Source of the DNA: Rhizobiaceae bacterium
GTDB lineage: Bacteria > Pseudomonadota > Alphaproteobacteria > Rhizobiales > Rhizobiaceae
DNA: 64,000 bases
NCBI GenBank assembly: GCA_965250255.1
Contig: CBDFNP010000009.1
Location: 127,722-191,721, forward strand
Direction of reading: 5' to 3'
The first letter of the stretch is position 1; every line of letters begins with the position of its first letter. Positions 20,797-30,253 of the stretch are shown one piece after another. Position numbers and translations under genes: made by a program. The notes below the pieces were generated by a model. The model was not told the DNA's origin, searched no databases, and saw only the letters and a list, made by a program, of their open reading frames with translations.

Positions 20797-22356
20797 ATGT
20801 CCAAGAGTTCAGAATTTCGAATTGAATTGCGCGGAATTACCAAGGCGTTTCCCGGTGTGATTGCCAATGATCAGGTGAGCTTCAAAATCAAACCCGGTCA
20901 GATCCATGCGCTATTGGGGGAAAATGGAGCGGGCAAATCGACCTTGGTGAAAATGATCTACGGGATCATGCAGCCGGACGAGGGACAAATCCTCTGGGAA
21001 GGCCATCCAGTTACGGTCACAAATCCAAAAGCCGCCCGGAAGATGGGGGTTGGAATGGTGTTTCAGCACTTTTCCCTGTTTGAGGCGATGACCGTTTTGG
21101 AGAACATAGCCCTCGGCATGGATGCGAGCATTTCCCGGTCCGGCCTTGAAAGCAAGATCAGGGATGTGATGCATGTATACGGGTTGAAACTTGATCCGTA
21201 TCGCATCGTCAGCACACTGAGTGTTGGCGAGCGACAACGTATAGAGATTGTCCGTGCTTTGTTACTTGAACCAAGACTGCTGATCATGGATGAGCCGACC
21301 TCTGTATTGACGCCTCAGGAGGTGACACAACTTTTTGAAACGCTGCGGAAGCTCTCCTCAAGCGGCTGCTCAATCCTCTACATTTCTCACAAGCTTCATG
21401 AAATCAAGGAACTTTGCGATGAGGCTACCATTCTGCGCGGTGGCAAGGTTGTGGGCGAATGCGATCCGCGCCAGGAAACCTCCAAGAGCATGGCTGAAAT
21501 GATGATTGGCGGAAATCTCAAGCAGATTTCCAAGGCTTCAGACCGTGAGTTCGGACCAGAAAAATATGTTGTAAACGGACTGATGCAGGCCGGCGAAGGT
21601 GACTTTGGAGTAGCGCTTGATGATATCAGCTTTGCCGTCCGGTCAGGTGAAATATTTGGTATCGCCGGTGTCGCTGGTAATGGTCAAAATGAGTTGCTCC
21701 TGGCTTTAAGTGGCGAAACTCCCGTGCGCGATGGCAACACAATATTGCTGGATGACAAACCGATTGGTGATCTTGGGACACTGCAAAGACGTGAGGCCGG
21801 ATTATGTGCAGTTCCGGAAGAACGAAATGGCCATGGTGCGGTTCTGGATTTCACTCTGACGGACAATGCCATTCTCACCGCGCGAAACAGAATGGGTCTT
21901 GCCAATAAAGGCATCGTCAGCAATGGCAATGCGGTTGCTTATGCCGATGAAGTAATTTCTTCGTTTGCAGTCAAAACGACCGGGCCTGCATCGACTGCGG
22001 GCTCTTTGTCCGGCGGCAACCTGCAAAAGTACATCGTGGGTCGGGAAATCATGCAACACCCTGAAGTGCTGGTTGTTTCGCAACCAACCTGGGGCGTTGA
22101 TGCGGGAGCAGCGGCTGCCATTCATCAGGCTTTGGTTGATCTTGCTGCAAATGGGTCTGCGATCATTGTTATTTCGCAAGATCTTGATGAACTGTTGAGC
22201 ATTTGCGACGGCATGGCGGTCATCAACGAAGGCCGATTGTCGAAAACCCTTGTGGTTGGCGAAGTTTCAATTGATGAAATTGGCCTGCTGATGGGAGGGG
22301 TGCATGGCGACCCGTTTGCAACGGCTGAAATGACGGAGGCTGTTCATGTTCATTGA
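20797..22356 (+). CDS. ABC transporter ATP-binding protein, double ABC (second BMP-type importer)
   Basis: 519 aa. GENGAGKST, LLIMDEPT, and a second half with LSGGNLQK. Confidence 0.9.
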   Translation: MSKSSEFRIELRGITKAFPGVIANDQVSFKIKPGQIHALLGENGAGKSTLVKMIYGIMQPDEGQILWEGHPVTVTNPKAARKMGVGMVFQHFSLFEAMTVLENIALGMDASISRSGLESKIRDVMHVYGLKLDPYRIVSTLSVGERQRIEIVRALLLEPRLLIMDEPTSVLTPQEVTQLFETLRKLSSSGCSILYISHKLHEIKELCDEATILRGGKVVGECDPRQETSKSMAEMMIGGNLKQISKASDREFGPEKYVVNGLMQAGEGDFGVALDDISFAVRSGEIFGIAGVAGNGQNELLLALSGETPVRDGNTILLDDKPIGDLGTLQRREAGLCAVPEERNGHGAVLDFTLTDNAILTARNRMGLANKGIVSNGNAVAYADEVISSFAVKTTGPASTAGSLSGGNLQKYIVGREIMQHPEVLVVSQPTWGVDAGAAAAIHQALVDLAANGSAIIVISQDLDELLSICDGMAVINEGRLSKTLVVGEVSIDEIGLLMGGVHGDPFATAEMTEAVHVH

Positions 22357-23428
22357 ATTACAACCCAGAAAAGAGCCAAGCCGCTCGATGTTGTATTTGA
22401 CGCCGGTGATAGCTGTTTTGGCAACCATGCTGGCGGGCGGCATATTGTTTACACTGATCGGGCATGATGGATTTGGAGCAGTTCGCGAGATATTCATCAC
22501 GCCATTGATCGATCCCTATAAATGGCAGGATCTTGGTATCAAGGCTGCACCACTGATCCTGATTGCTGTTGGATTGGCAATCGGCTTCAGGGCAAATGTC
22601 TGGAACATTGGCGCGGAAGGTCAATACGTTTTTGGTGGGCTTGCCGGAACCGGAGTTGCCCTGGCGACCTGGGGTATGGAAGGTTGGTGGATCCTGCCCC
22701 TGATGTGCATTGTTGGTGCGTTGGGTGGAGCGCTCTATGCGGCCATTCCGGCATTTTTGAAAACGCGGTTGCAGGTAAACGAAATTTTATCAAGCCTGAT
22801 GCTGACTTATGTATCCATCCAGTTGTTGTATTATCTCATGCGTGGCCCCTGGAAGGACCCGGAGGGCTTCAATTTTCCACAAAGCCGGTTGTTTACTGAC
22901 GCACAGCTCTTGCCTGAAATTATCCCGGGAACAATAGTTCATCTGGGTGTGCCGCTAGCATTCCTCATTGCGATTGCTGCTTGGTTTGTTCTGACAAAAT
23001 CGGTATTCGGGTTCCAAATCCGTGTGGTAGGTGCCGCACCCGCAGCCGCCCGTTACGGCGGGTTCAGCGCAAAACGGACGATCTGGGCAGCCATGCTGAT
23101 CGGCGGCGCTTTTGCGGGGCTGGCCGGGATATTTGAAGCTGCAGGTCCTTTTGGGCAGATGGTTCCACAATTCCCGACGGGGTATGGATTTACAGCGATT
23201 ATCGTTGCCTTTCTCGGCCGCTTGCATCCAATCGGAATTATTCTCGCTGGTATCATTTTGGCGGTTTCTTATGTCGGCGGCGAAATCGCGCAAACGTCTT
23301 TGGGATTGCCCAATGCAGCGGCCGGAATATTTCAGGCATTGATGCTGTTTTTCCTACTGGCCACAGATATTCTTGTAAAATACCGACTGGTGATCGGATC
23401 ATCAGTCAAGGCAGGAGATGTGGCATGA
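22346..23428 (+). CDS. ABC transporter permease
   Basis: 360 aa hydrophobic protein. Overlaps both neighbouring genes. Confidence 0.85.
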   Translation: MFIELQPRKEPSRSMLYLTPVIAVLATMLAGGILFTLIGHDGFGAVREIFITPLIDPYKWQDLGIKAAPLILIAVGLAIGFRANVWNIGAEGQYVFGGLAGTGVALATWGMEGWWILPLMCIVGALGGALYAAIPAFLKTRLQVNEILSSLMLTYVSIQLLYYLMRGPWKDPEGFNFPQSRLFTDAQLLPEIIPGTIVHLGVPLAFLIAIAAWFVLTKSVFGFQIRVVGAAPAAARYGGFSAKRTIWAAMLIGGAFAGLAGIFEAAGPFGQMVPQFPTGYGFTAIIVAFLGRLHPIGIILAGIILAVSYVGGEIAQTSLGLPNAAAGIFQALMLFFLLATDILVKYRLVIGSSVKAGDVA

Positions 23429-24348
23429 CCAGCACAATTCTTATATCAATTATCGTGACGATTGTTGGCGCATCCACGCCCATTCTGCTGGCGGCACTTG
23501 GCGAACTTGTTGTTGAAAAAAGCGGTGTTCTTAATCTTGGCCTGGAAGGCATGATGCTGATCGGAGCAGTTGTCGGCTTTGCAGTCACCTCAATCACCGG
23601 CCAGCCTTTGCTTGGAATTGCCGTTGCCGCTCTGGCAGCTACCGCTTCGGCGATGTTGTTTGGATATCTGACATTGACCCTGACTGCCAACCAGGTAGCA
23701 ACCGGGTTGGCGCTTACCATTTTTGGGATAGGACTGTCCTCCCTCATGGGCGAACCGTATGTCGGAAAAACAGTTGACGTATTCGGGTCCTGGTTCCCTG
23801 CTTCCTTGGCAGAGCATCCATTTTTCAGGATCTTTTTTGGATATAGTCCAATCGTGTATTTTTCGCTGATCATGACCGTAGCTGTGGGTTATTTTCTCAC
23901 CAAGACCCGTGCCGGACTGATTTTGCGAGCTGTTGGAGAATCAGATTTATCAGCGCACTCAATCGGATATTCAGTTATTGGCGTGCGTTACGCAGCAGTG
24001 GCATTTGGTGGAGCCATGGCGGGAATAGCCGGCTGTTATTATTCACTGGTTCTCACACCTTTGTGGTCGGAAGAACTTACCGCAGGACGTGGCTGGATTG
24101 CGCTTGCGCTGGTTGTTTTCGCCGCCTGGAGACCCGGGCGCCTGTTACTTGGCGCTTATCTTTTTGGGGCCGTCATGACATTGGAACTGCACGCGAAGGC
24201 GGCGGGCTTTTCTTTTATTGCACCAGAACTTCTCGCCGCGATGCCGTATCTTGCTACAATCGCGGTTCTGGCATTGATTTCACTACGCAGGTCTGGTGGC
24301 ACAGCAGCGCCAGCCTGTCTTACCAAACCATTCAAACCAACTGCATAA
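23425..24348 (+). CDS. ABC transporter permease
   Basis: 307 aa hydrophobic protein with an ATGA start/stop overlap. Confidence 0.85.
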   Translation: MTSTILISIIVTIVGASTPILLAALGELVVEKSGVLNLGLEGMMLIGAVVGFAVTSITGQPLLGIAVAALAATASAMLFGYLTLTLTANQVATGLALTIFGIGLSSLMGEPYVGKTVDVFGSWFPASLAEHPFFRIFFGYSPIVYFSLIMTVAVGYFLTKTRAGLILRAVGESDLSAHSIGYSVIGVRYAAVAFGGAMAGIAGCYYSLVLTPLWSEELTAGRGWIALALVVFAAWRPGRLLLGAYLFGAVMTLELHAKAAGFSFIAPELLAAMPYLATIAVLALISLRRSGGTAAPACLTKPFKPTA

Positions 24349-24370
24349 AATGAAACCAGGGAGAAACGAC

Positions 24371-25444
24371 ATGAAACTATTAACCAGACGTTCCGTACTC
24401 AAGTCCGCTGCTGCGGCAGGTACATTGCCGCTACTTGGAAGCTCTGCCTTGGCAGCCGAGCCGCTGAAGGTAGCATTTGTTTATCTTGGACCGATTGGAG
24501 ACCATGGCTGGACCTTTGCGCATGAGCAGGGCAGGCAGGATGTCATCAAGAAATTCGGCGATGCAATCACAACGACCATTGTTGAGAATGTAAACGAAGG
24601 CCCCGACTCTGAGCGGGTTATCCGCCGCCTGGCTGAAGAAGGTAATGAACTGATTTTCACAACTTCATTTGGATACATGAACCCGACACTAAAAGTTGCA
24701 AAACGTTTCAAGGATGTGAAATTTGAACACGCCACCGGCTATCAGCGTAGCCCGAACATGGCGAGCTACAATCTGCGTTTCCATGAAGGCCGCGCCGTTT
24801 GCGGAACCATCGCCGGCCACTTGTCCAAATCAGGAACTGCCGGTTACATCGCGTCATTCCCGATTCCAGAAGTGGTCATGGGCATCAACGCATTCACTTT
24901 GGCCGCACGTCGGGTAAACCCTGATTTCGTTACCAAGGTTTTGTGGGTTTCAACATGGTATGATCCTGCAAAAGAAGCAGATGCCGCCAAGGCCCTGATC
25001 GATCAGGGCGCAGATGTGATGGCTCAGCATACCGATAGCCCTGCCGCACTTCAGGCATGTGAACAGCGCAACCTGATGGCCTTCGGTCAGGGCTGGGATA
25101 TGTCTTCTTTTGCTCCGAATGCGCACCTTACTGCGATCATGAACAAGTGGGGCGTTTATTATGCCGACCGCATTCAAAAGGCGCTCGACGGTAAATGGGA
25201 AAGCACTGACACGTGGTGGGGTATGAAGGAAAACGCCATAGAAATGGCGCCTTACAATAACTCCATACCAGTTGATGTCTGCGCCGCTGCCGATGCCGTC
25301 AAGGCAGGTATTACCGCGGGGAGTGTCAATCCGTTCTCGGGTCCGATCAAGGATCAGTCCGGTGCTGAGCGTCTTGCTGAAGGCGCACTGACCGATGGCG
25401 ATCTGCACAAAATGGATTGGTATGTCGAAGGCGTGCAAAGCTAG
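24371..25444 (+). CDS. BMP-family ABC transporter substrate-binding protein (Tat-type signal peptide)
   Basis: MKLLTRRSVLKSAAAAGTLPLLGSSALA signal, then a BMP fold. ATG 24371 is preceded by GGGAG. The ORF track begins at 24296, inside the permease. Confidence 0.85.
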   Translation: MKLLTRRSVLKSAAAAGTLPLLGSSALAAEPLKVAFVYLGPIGDHGWTFAHEQGRQDVIKKFGDAITTTIVENVNEGPDSERVIRRLAEEGNELIFTTSFGYMNPTLKVAKRFKDVKFEHATGYQRSPNMASYNLRFHEGRAVCGTIAGHLSKSGTAGYIASFPIPEVVMGINAFTLAARRVNPDFVTKVLWVSTWYDPAKEADAAKALIDQGADVMAQHTDSPAALQACEQRNLMAFGQGWDMSSFAPNAHLTAIMNKWGVYYADRIQKALDGKWESTDTWWGMKENAIEMAPYNNSIPVDVCAAADAVKAGITAGSVNPFSGPIKDQSGAERLAEGALTDGDLHKMDWYVEGVQS

Positions 25445-25470
25445 GCACTGACCATTTCTAACTGAAATCA

Positions 25471-25504
25471 GCAACCCGCAAGGCCACCGGGCTTTGCGGG
25501 TTGC
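25471..25504 (+). terminator. stem-loop after the BMP operon (11-bp perfect stem GCAACCCGCAA/TTGCGGGTTGC)
   Basis: Seen directly in the sequence. There is no clear T-tract, so terminator function is uncertain. Confidence 0.45.
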
Positions 25505-25510
25505 GAACCT

Positions 25511-26821
25511 ATGGAACAAGCAATGAAAACTACCATCCTGCGCGGACGGGTTTTGAGCTTTGTATCAAAGCCCCGCTCACACGAAGACAACACAAGCTAC
25601 GTCTATCATGAAGATGGCGCAGTGGCGTTGTGTGATGGTTTGATCAAAGCCTGTGGCGACTATCACGAGGTTTTGGCACAGCACACCTGCGCCAAAATTA
25701 TTGATCATCGGCCAAACCTCATCTTGCCAGGATTTATCGATACCCATCTGCATTTTCCACAAATGCAGGTTATCGGTTCGTTTGGAACCAAACTGCTTGA
25801 CTGGCTCAATAAATATACCTTTGTCGAGGAGCAGAAATTTGCTGATCCTGCCCACTGCGAGCGAATTGCAGACAAGTTTTTCGATGCTCTGACACGACAC
25901 GGCACAACCACTGCCGTTGCCTATTGTTCAGTGCACAAAACCTCAGCGGAAGCTTTTTTTGTTGAGGCTGAAAAGCGGGATTTGCGGATGATTGCCGGCA
26001 AGGTGATGATGGATCGAAATGCACCTGAACCGCTCTGCGATACGCCGCAGTCAAGTTACGATGACAGTAAGGCCCTGATTGAAAAATGGCATGGAAAGGG
26101 ACGCAACCATTACGCGATCACACCGCGTTTTGCGATAACTTCAACGCCAACTCAATTGGAGATGGCACAAACGCTCATGCGCGAACACCCCGATTGCTAC
26201 ATGCAGACCCATCTTTCTGAGAACCACGATGAGATCGAACTCACCAAGCAACTCTATCAGTCGGCCCGTGATTATCTCGATGTTTATCAAACGTATGATT
26301 TGCTCGGCTCAAAAAGCCTGTTTGGGCATTGTATCCATCTAACCGACCGGGAACGCAAGGCAATGGCAGAAACAAGGTCGGTCGCTGTTTTTTGTCCAAC
26401 TTCAAATCTGTTTCTTGGGAGTGGGCTGTTCGATCAAAATGGCTTGCATGAAGAACGGGTCAGGACTTCAGTTGCAACAGACATTGGCGGTGGAACCAGT
26501 TATTCCATGCTCAAGACCCTGGACGAGGCTTATAAGGTATTGCAACTTCGAAATCAGATATTGAGTCCGCTTCAATCTTTTTACATGATGACGCTTGGCA
26601 ATGCCCGTGCACTTTCTTTGGAGGAAAAAATAGGCTCTCTGGAACCTGGATCGGAAGCGGATGTGGTTGTCCTTGATGCGAGAGCCACGCCTGCAATGGC
26701 CTTGCGAATGGAAACGGTAGAAAACCTGAGCGAAGAATTGTTCGTACTGCAAACGATGGGGGATGACAGATCCGTGTCGTCAGTCTACGTGGCAGGTCAG
26801 GAAAGTCATCCGGACCGCTAG
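25511..26821 (+). CDS. guaD: guanine deaminase
   Basis: 436 aa amidohydrolase with PGFIDTHLHFPQ and ...HLSEN... motifs typical of guanine deaminase. An alternative ATG lies at 25523. Confidence 0.9.
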   Translation: MEQAMKTTILRGRVLSFVSKPRSHEDNTSYVYHEDGAVALCDGLIKACGDYHEVLAQHTCAKIIDHRPNLILPGFIDTHLHFPQMQVIGSFGTKLLDWLNKYTFVEEQKFADPAHCERIADKFFDALTRHGTTTAVAYCSVHKTSAEAFFVEAEKRDLRMIAGKVMMDRNAPEPLCDTPQSSYDDSKALIEKWHGKGRNHYAITPRFAITSTPTQLEMAQTLMREHPDCYMQTHLSENHDEIELTKQLYQSARDYLDVYQTYDLLGSKSLFGHCIHLTDRERKAMAETRSVAVFCPTSNLFLGSGLFDQNGLHEERVRTSVATDIGGGTSYSMLKTLDEAYKVLQLRNQILSPLQSFYMMTLGNARALSLEEKIGSLEPGSEADVVVLDARATPAMALRMETVENLSEELFVLQTMGDDRSVSSVYVAGQESHPDR

Positions 26822-26937
26822 AGCCCTTTCCATGAAATCAAAGTCGATTTCATGATAAGAAAGTGCGACAAAACAAAGGCATAGAGCATTTTAAGTGACT
26901 CTGTTTAAACTCAAAATGCTCTAGATCGAATTTAGCT

Positions 26938-27043
26938 CTAGAGCTTTTCGCACTTTTGTGAATTCACAAAATGATAACGAAAGGCGTAAATACAATGACT
27001 TATAGCGTGCCAAATAAAACCAATAAAAAGCGACACGCTATAG
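26938..27043 (+). repeat. Rep-A structured intergenic repeat, copy 2
   Basis: 106 bp matching 60837-60943 and the reverse complement of 10399-10505. Two further hairpins (26831-26854, 26882-26923) lie just upstream. Confidence 0.85.
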
Positions 27044-27109
27044 GGCGTTTTTTCTTTTGATTGAGCCAAAAGAATAGACAACGCCTTTGAAGTTTAAACC
27101 GAATTTGCT

Positions 27110-28516
27110 CTATGCCAATTCCGCTAATTGTTTCGCCATCTGGTTTTGGCGTTCGATCACTTGCCGGATATCAACACCGGTCAGATTGCCTGCGCTCACT
27201 ACCCGGCGTCCCTCTACTATCAGGTCTCGCACCGAAAACGGTCCGCATAATACAAGGGCCGCGACCGGATCCCAATTGCCTGCCGCTTCGAGGCCACTCA
27301 TATCCCAGATTGCAATATCTGCTCGCTTGCCAACCTCAAGCGATCCGCAATCGGAACGACCGAGCACCATGGCCCCGCCGAGTGTTGCGATTTCCAGCAC
27401 TTCCCGGGCACCCATCGAATCTGCACCGTTCTTTACACGCTGCAAGAGCATGGCTTGTCTCGCCTCAGCCAGAAGATGTCCTGCATCGTTTGATGCGGAG
27501 CCGTCAACACCTAGTGCGACTTTGACGCCTGCGTCCCTCATCTCCCGCACCGGAGCTATGCCTGAACCAAGTCGGCAATTCGAGCACGGGCAGTGGGCCG
27601 CGCCGGTTTTGGTACGTGAGAACAGGTCGATTTCCAAAGCGTCCAGTTTGACACAATGCGCATGCCACACATCCTTTCCGGTCCAGCCCAAATCCTCAGC
27701 GTATTGGCCTGGCCTGCAGCCGAATTTTTCAAGGCTGTAGGCTATATCTTCGTCGTTTTCTGCAAGATGTGTGTGAAGCATGACCTTCTTGTCGCGAGCA
27801 AGCAGTGCCGCGTCACGCATCAGTTCACGACTGACCGAAAACGGCGAACATGGTGCAATTCCGACCCTCACCATCGATCCCGGATTTGGGTCATGAAAAG
27901 CATCGATCACGCGAATGCAGTCTTTAAGAATTTCTTCTTCTTTCTCGACCAGTAAATCCGGTGGAAGTCCACCACTGCTTTCCCCAATGCTCATGGAGCC
28001 GCGGGTTGGATGAAATCTGATGCCGATGGTATTCGCAGCTTCAATCGTATCTTCCAGTCTTGCCCCATTTGGATATAGGTAAAGGTGGTCTGAACTCATC
28101 GTGCAGCCTGACAACGCCAGTTCAGCCAGGCCGGTTTGTGCAGAAACAAAAAATTCGTCCGGCCCAAACTTCGACCAAATCGGATAAAGCGTTTGAAGCC
28201 ATCCAAACAACAGCGCATTCTGGCCTCCCGGTACTGCGCGCGTCAACGACTGGTATAAATGATGGTGCGTGTTAACGAGACCAGGTGTTACGACACAGTC
28301 CCTGGCATCAATGATTTCATCGGCATTGTCGGGAAGCTCATTGCCAACTGTTTCAATCACGCCATCGCGTACAAACACCCCGCAATTTGATAATTCACGG
28401 CGCTTGTCATCCATTGTGACCAACTGGCTGGCATTTTTTATCAGTAGCGTTGTCATGAGGCCCGAGGTGAAAGTTTTGGGTATCGACATCAAAACTCTAG
28501 CCCAGAATTTGTGCAA
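27110..28516 (-). CDS. amidohydrolase, 8-oxoguanine deaminase / aminohydrolase SsnA-like
   Basis: PGLVNTHHHLYQ metal-binding motif and an overall cytosine/guanine-deaminase-like layout. The likely true start is ATG 28456 (MTTLLIKNASQ...). Confidence 0.7.
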   Translation of the reverse strand: MHKFWARVLMSIPKTFTSGLMTTLLIKNASQLVTMDDKRRELSNCGVFVRDGVIETVGNELPDNADEIIDARDCVVTPGLVNTHHHLYQSLTRAVPGGQNALLFGWLQTLYPIWSKFGPDEFFVSAQTGLAELALSGCTMSSDHLYLYPNGARLEDTIEAANTIGIRFHPTRGSMSIGESSGGLPPDLLVEKEEEILKDCIRVIDAFHDPNPGSMVRVGIAPCSPFSVSRELMRDAALLARDKKVMLHTHLAENDEDIAYSLEKFGCRPGQYAEDLGWTGKDVWHAHCVKLDALEIDLFSRTKTGAAHCPCSNCRLGSGIAPVREMRDAGVKVALGVDGSASNDAGHLLAEARQAMLLQRVKNGADSMGAREVLEIATLGGAMVLGRSDCGSLEVGKRADIAIWDMSGLEAAGNWDPVAALVLCGPFSVRDLIVEGRRVVSAGNLTGVDIRQVIERQNQMAKQLAELA

Positions 28517-28526
28517 TCACTACGGG

Positions 28527-28550
28527 CAATCCTAATGGCCGTTGGTATAA
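28527..28550. repeat. solo terminal inverted repeat of the MITE found at 57822 and 60958
   Basis: CAATCCTAATGGCCGTTGGTATAA is identical to 61201-61224. It sits in the 75-bp gap between fbpB and the amidohydrolase gene. Confidence 0.6.
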
Positions 28551-28591
28551 TGTGGGATGTTTAACGTATCATGGGCAATCACTGCGAAAGA

Positions 28592-30253
28592 TTATCCGGG
28601 TTTTCTGGTCAGAAGAATGACCGGCAATATCCCAACACCAACAATCAGCAAACACCCAAGCGCCCCGTCTTCGACACGTCCTTGAGACGCAAAATCATAG
28701 ACATGGGTTGCAAGTGTATTCATGCCAAACGGTCGGAGCAGTATCGTGGCAGAGAGTTCCTTCACCACATCAACAAAGACCAAAAGTGCGGCACCTGCAA
28801 TCGCGGGCCGCATAATGGGAAGCAGTATTTTTTGCAACACTTCAAACTGACTTCGGCCAAGGCTTCGGGCTGCCATGTCCATATTGGGGGTAAGTTTTGC
28901 AAACCCGTTTTCAAGGTTGCCTTCAGCCATTGCCATGAAGCGAACCAGGTATGCAAAGATCAAGGCAGCACCGGAACCTGTCACAAGCAGTCCGCTTGAA
29001 ACTCCGGAAGCTCCGCGCAAAAAGCCATCCAGCAAGTTGTCAAATGCAGCAAATGGCACAAACACACCAATTGCAATCAATGTGCCGGGAACTGCATATC
29101 CAATGGTTGCAAGTCGGACAGCGGTCTTAATGCCTTTCGTCGGATTTGTCCGGAGGGCATAGCTGAGAACCAAGCCTCCAAATACTGCCAGAACTGCCGC
29201 AATTGTACCCAGCGCAATTGTAGTGGTCAAAGCCGCAGCAATCGATGAAGAAAATATTTGACCCAGGTCAAAGTAAGCAAACTCTGCCAGCACATAGATC
29301 GGGATGCCAAAGCCCAGCATGACAGGGGTCAGGGTGAGTAAAGTCACGGCCAGTGCCCGTAAACCTGAAAGTCGCCTGACACTTTCATTGCGATTCGTGG
29401 TCGAACGCAGTTCGTGATATTGCCGTTTGCCGCGCGATATCTGTTCCAGGAAAATCAGGATAAAGACAATTACCAACAAGAAAATCGCTATCTGCGCTGC
29501 CCCTGCCAGATCATTTTGGTTAAGCCAGACCGAAAAAACCGAAAAGGTCAGGGTTCGGGTTCCAAGATATTCAACGCCACCGATGTCATTTATGGTTTCC
29601 ATTAAGGCAAGCGTTACGCCCAAAATGATGGCAGGACGCGCAAGTGGTATTGTTATCCGGAAAAACAATCGTATTCCATTGGCCCCCAATGCTCTCGCAC
29701 TGTCGGGAATGTTACTTCCCTGAAGCAGGAACAGGGTTCGCACGGACAAATAAACATATGGGTACAAAACAATACCCAGAACAAAGATTGTTCCCCAAAC
29801 TGAACGGATGTCAGGGAACCAGTAGTCCCGTGAGGATTGAAATCCTCCAAGTCCACGTACGATTTCTTGCAATGGCCCGGTATATGAGAAGAACTCAACA
29901 AAGGTGTAGGCGGAGATGTATGTCGGTACCGCAAGCGGCAGCATTAACGCCCATTGCATAATTTTTTTCAAAGGAAAATCGAAACTCGTAACCAGCCAGG
30001 CAGCGACTGTTCCAATAATAGCTGTAAACGCTCCTACGCCGAGCATGACGATCAAAGTGGTGGCGCCAGCAACTGGCATTACAGTTGTTGCAATATGCAT
30101 AAAACTTTCAAGATCGCCTCTGAAAGCCAAAATCAAAAGTGTGATGATTGGCAGGCAAAGAAGAACCGCAAACGCAAGTGCACCGGGCATGAAAAACCCG
30201 GCGCTGCGTTTGGACTGTGATGTCAATCCTGCTGGATCAGCAATGTCACTCAA
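28592..30253 (-). CDS. fbpB: Fe(3+) ABC transporter permease (duplicated-domain FbpB type)
   Basis: 553 aa with two tandem permease modules. Coupled to the iron-binding protein gene upstream. Confidence 0.85.
   Translation of the reverse strand: MSDIADPAGLTSQSKRSAGFFMPGALAFAVLLCLPIITLLILAFRGDLESFMHIATTVMPVAGATTLIVMLGVGAFTAIIGTVAAWLVTSFDFPLKKIMQWALMLPLAVPTYISAYTFVEFFSYTGPLQEIVRGLGGFQSSRDYWFPDIRSVWGTIFVLGIVLYPYVYLSVRTLFLLQGSNIPDSARALGANGIRLFFRITIPLARPAIILGVTLALMETINDIGGVEYLGTRTLTFSVFSVWLNQNDLAGAAQIAIFLLVIVFILIFLEQISRGKRQYHELRSTTNRNESVRRLSGLRALAVTLLTLTPVMLGFGIPIYVLAEFAYFDLGQIFSSSIAAALTTTIALGTIAAVLAVFGGLVLSYALRTNPTKGIKTAVRLATIGYAVPGTLIAIGVFVPFAAFDNLLDGFLRGASGVSSGLLVTGSGAALIFAYLVRFMAMAEGNLENGFAKLTPNMDMAARSLGRSQFEVLQKILLPIMRPAIAGAALLVFVDVVKELSATILLRPFGMNTLATHVYDFASQGRVEDGALGCLLIVGVGILPVILLTRKPG

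Noticed and set aside
27087-27740. A 217-aa plus-strand ORF, and similar long ORFs at 844-1572(-), 18275-19135(-), 24950-25519(-), 32264-32953(-), 40291-40890(-) and 41609-42205(-).
   Set aside because: All lie antisense to or out of frame within strongly recognisable genes (amidohydrolase, ABC ATPases, xdhB, BMP protein, coxM-like, potF, potG). Their translations are low-complexity and Arg/Ser/Pro-rich, as expected of shadow ORFs.
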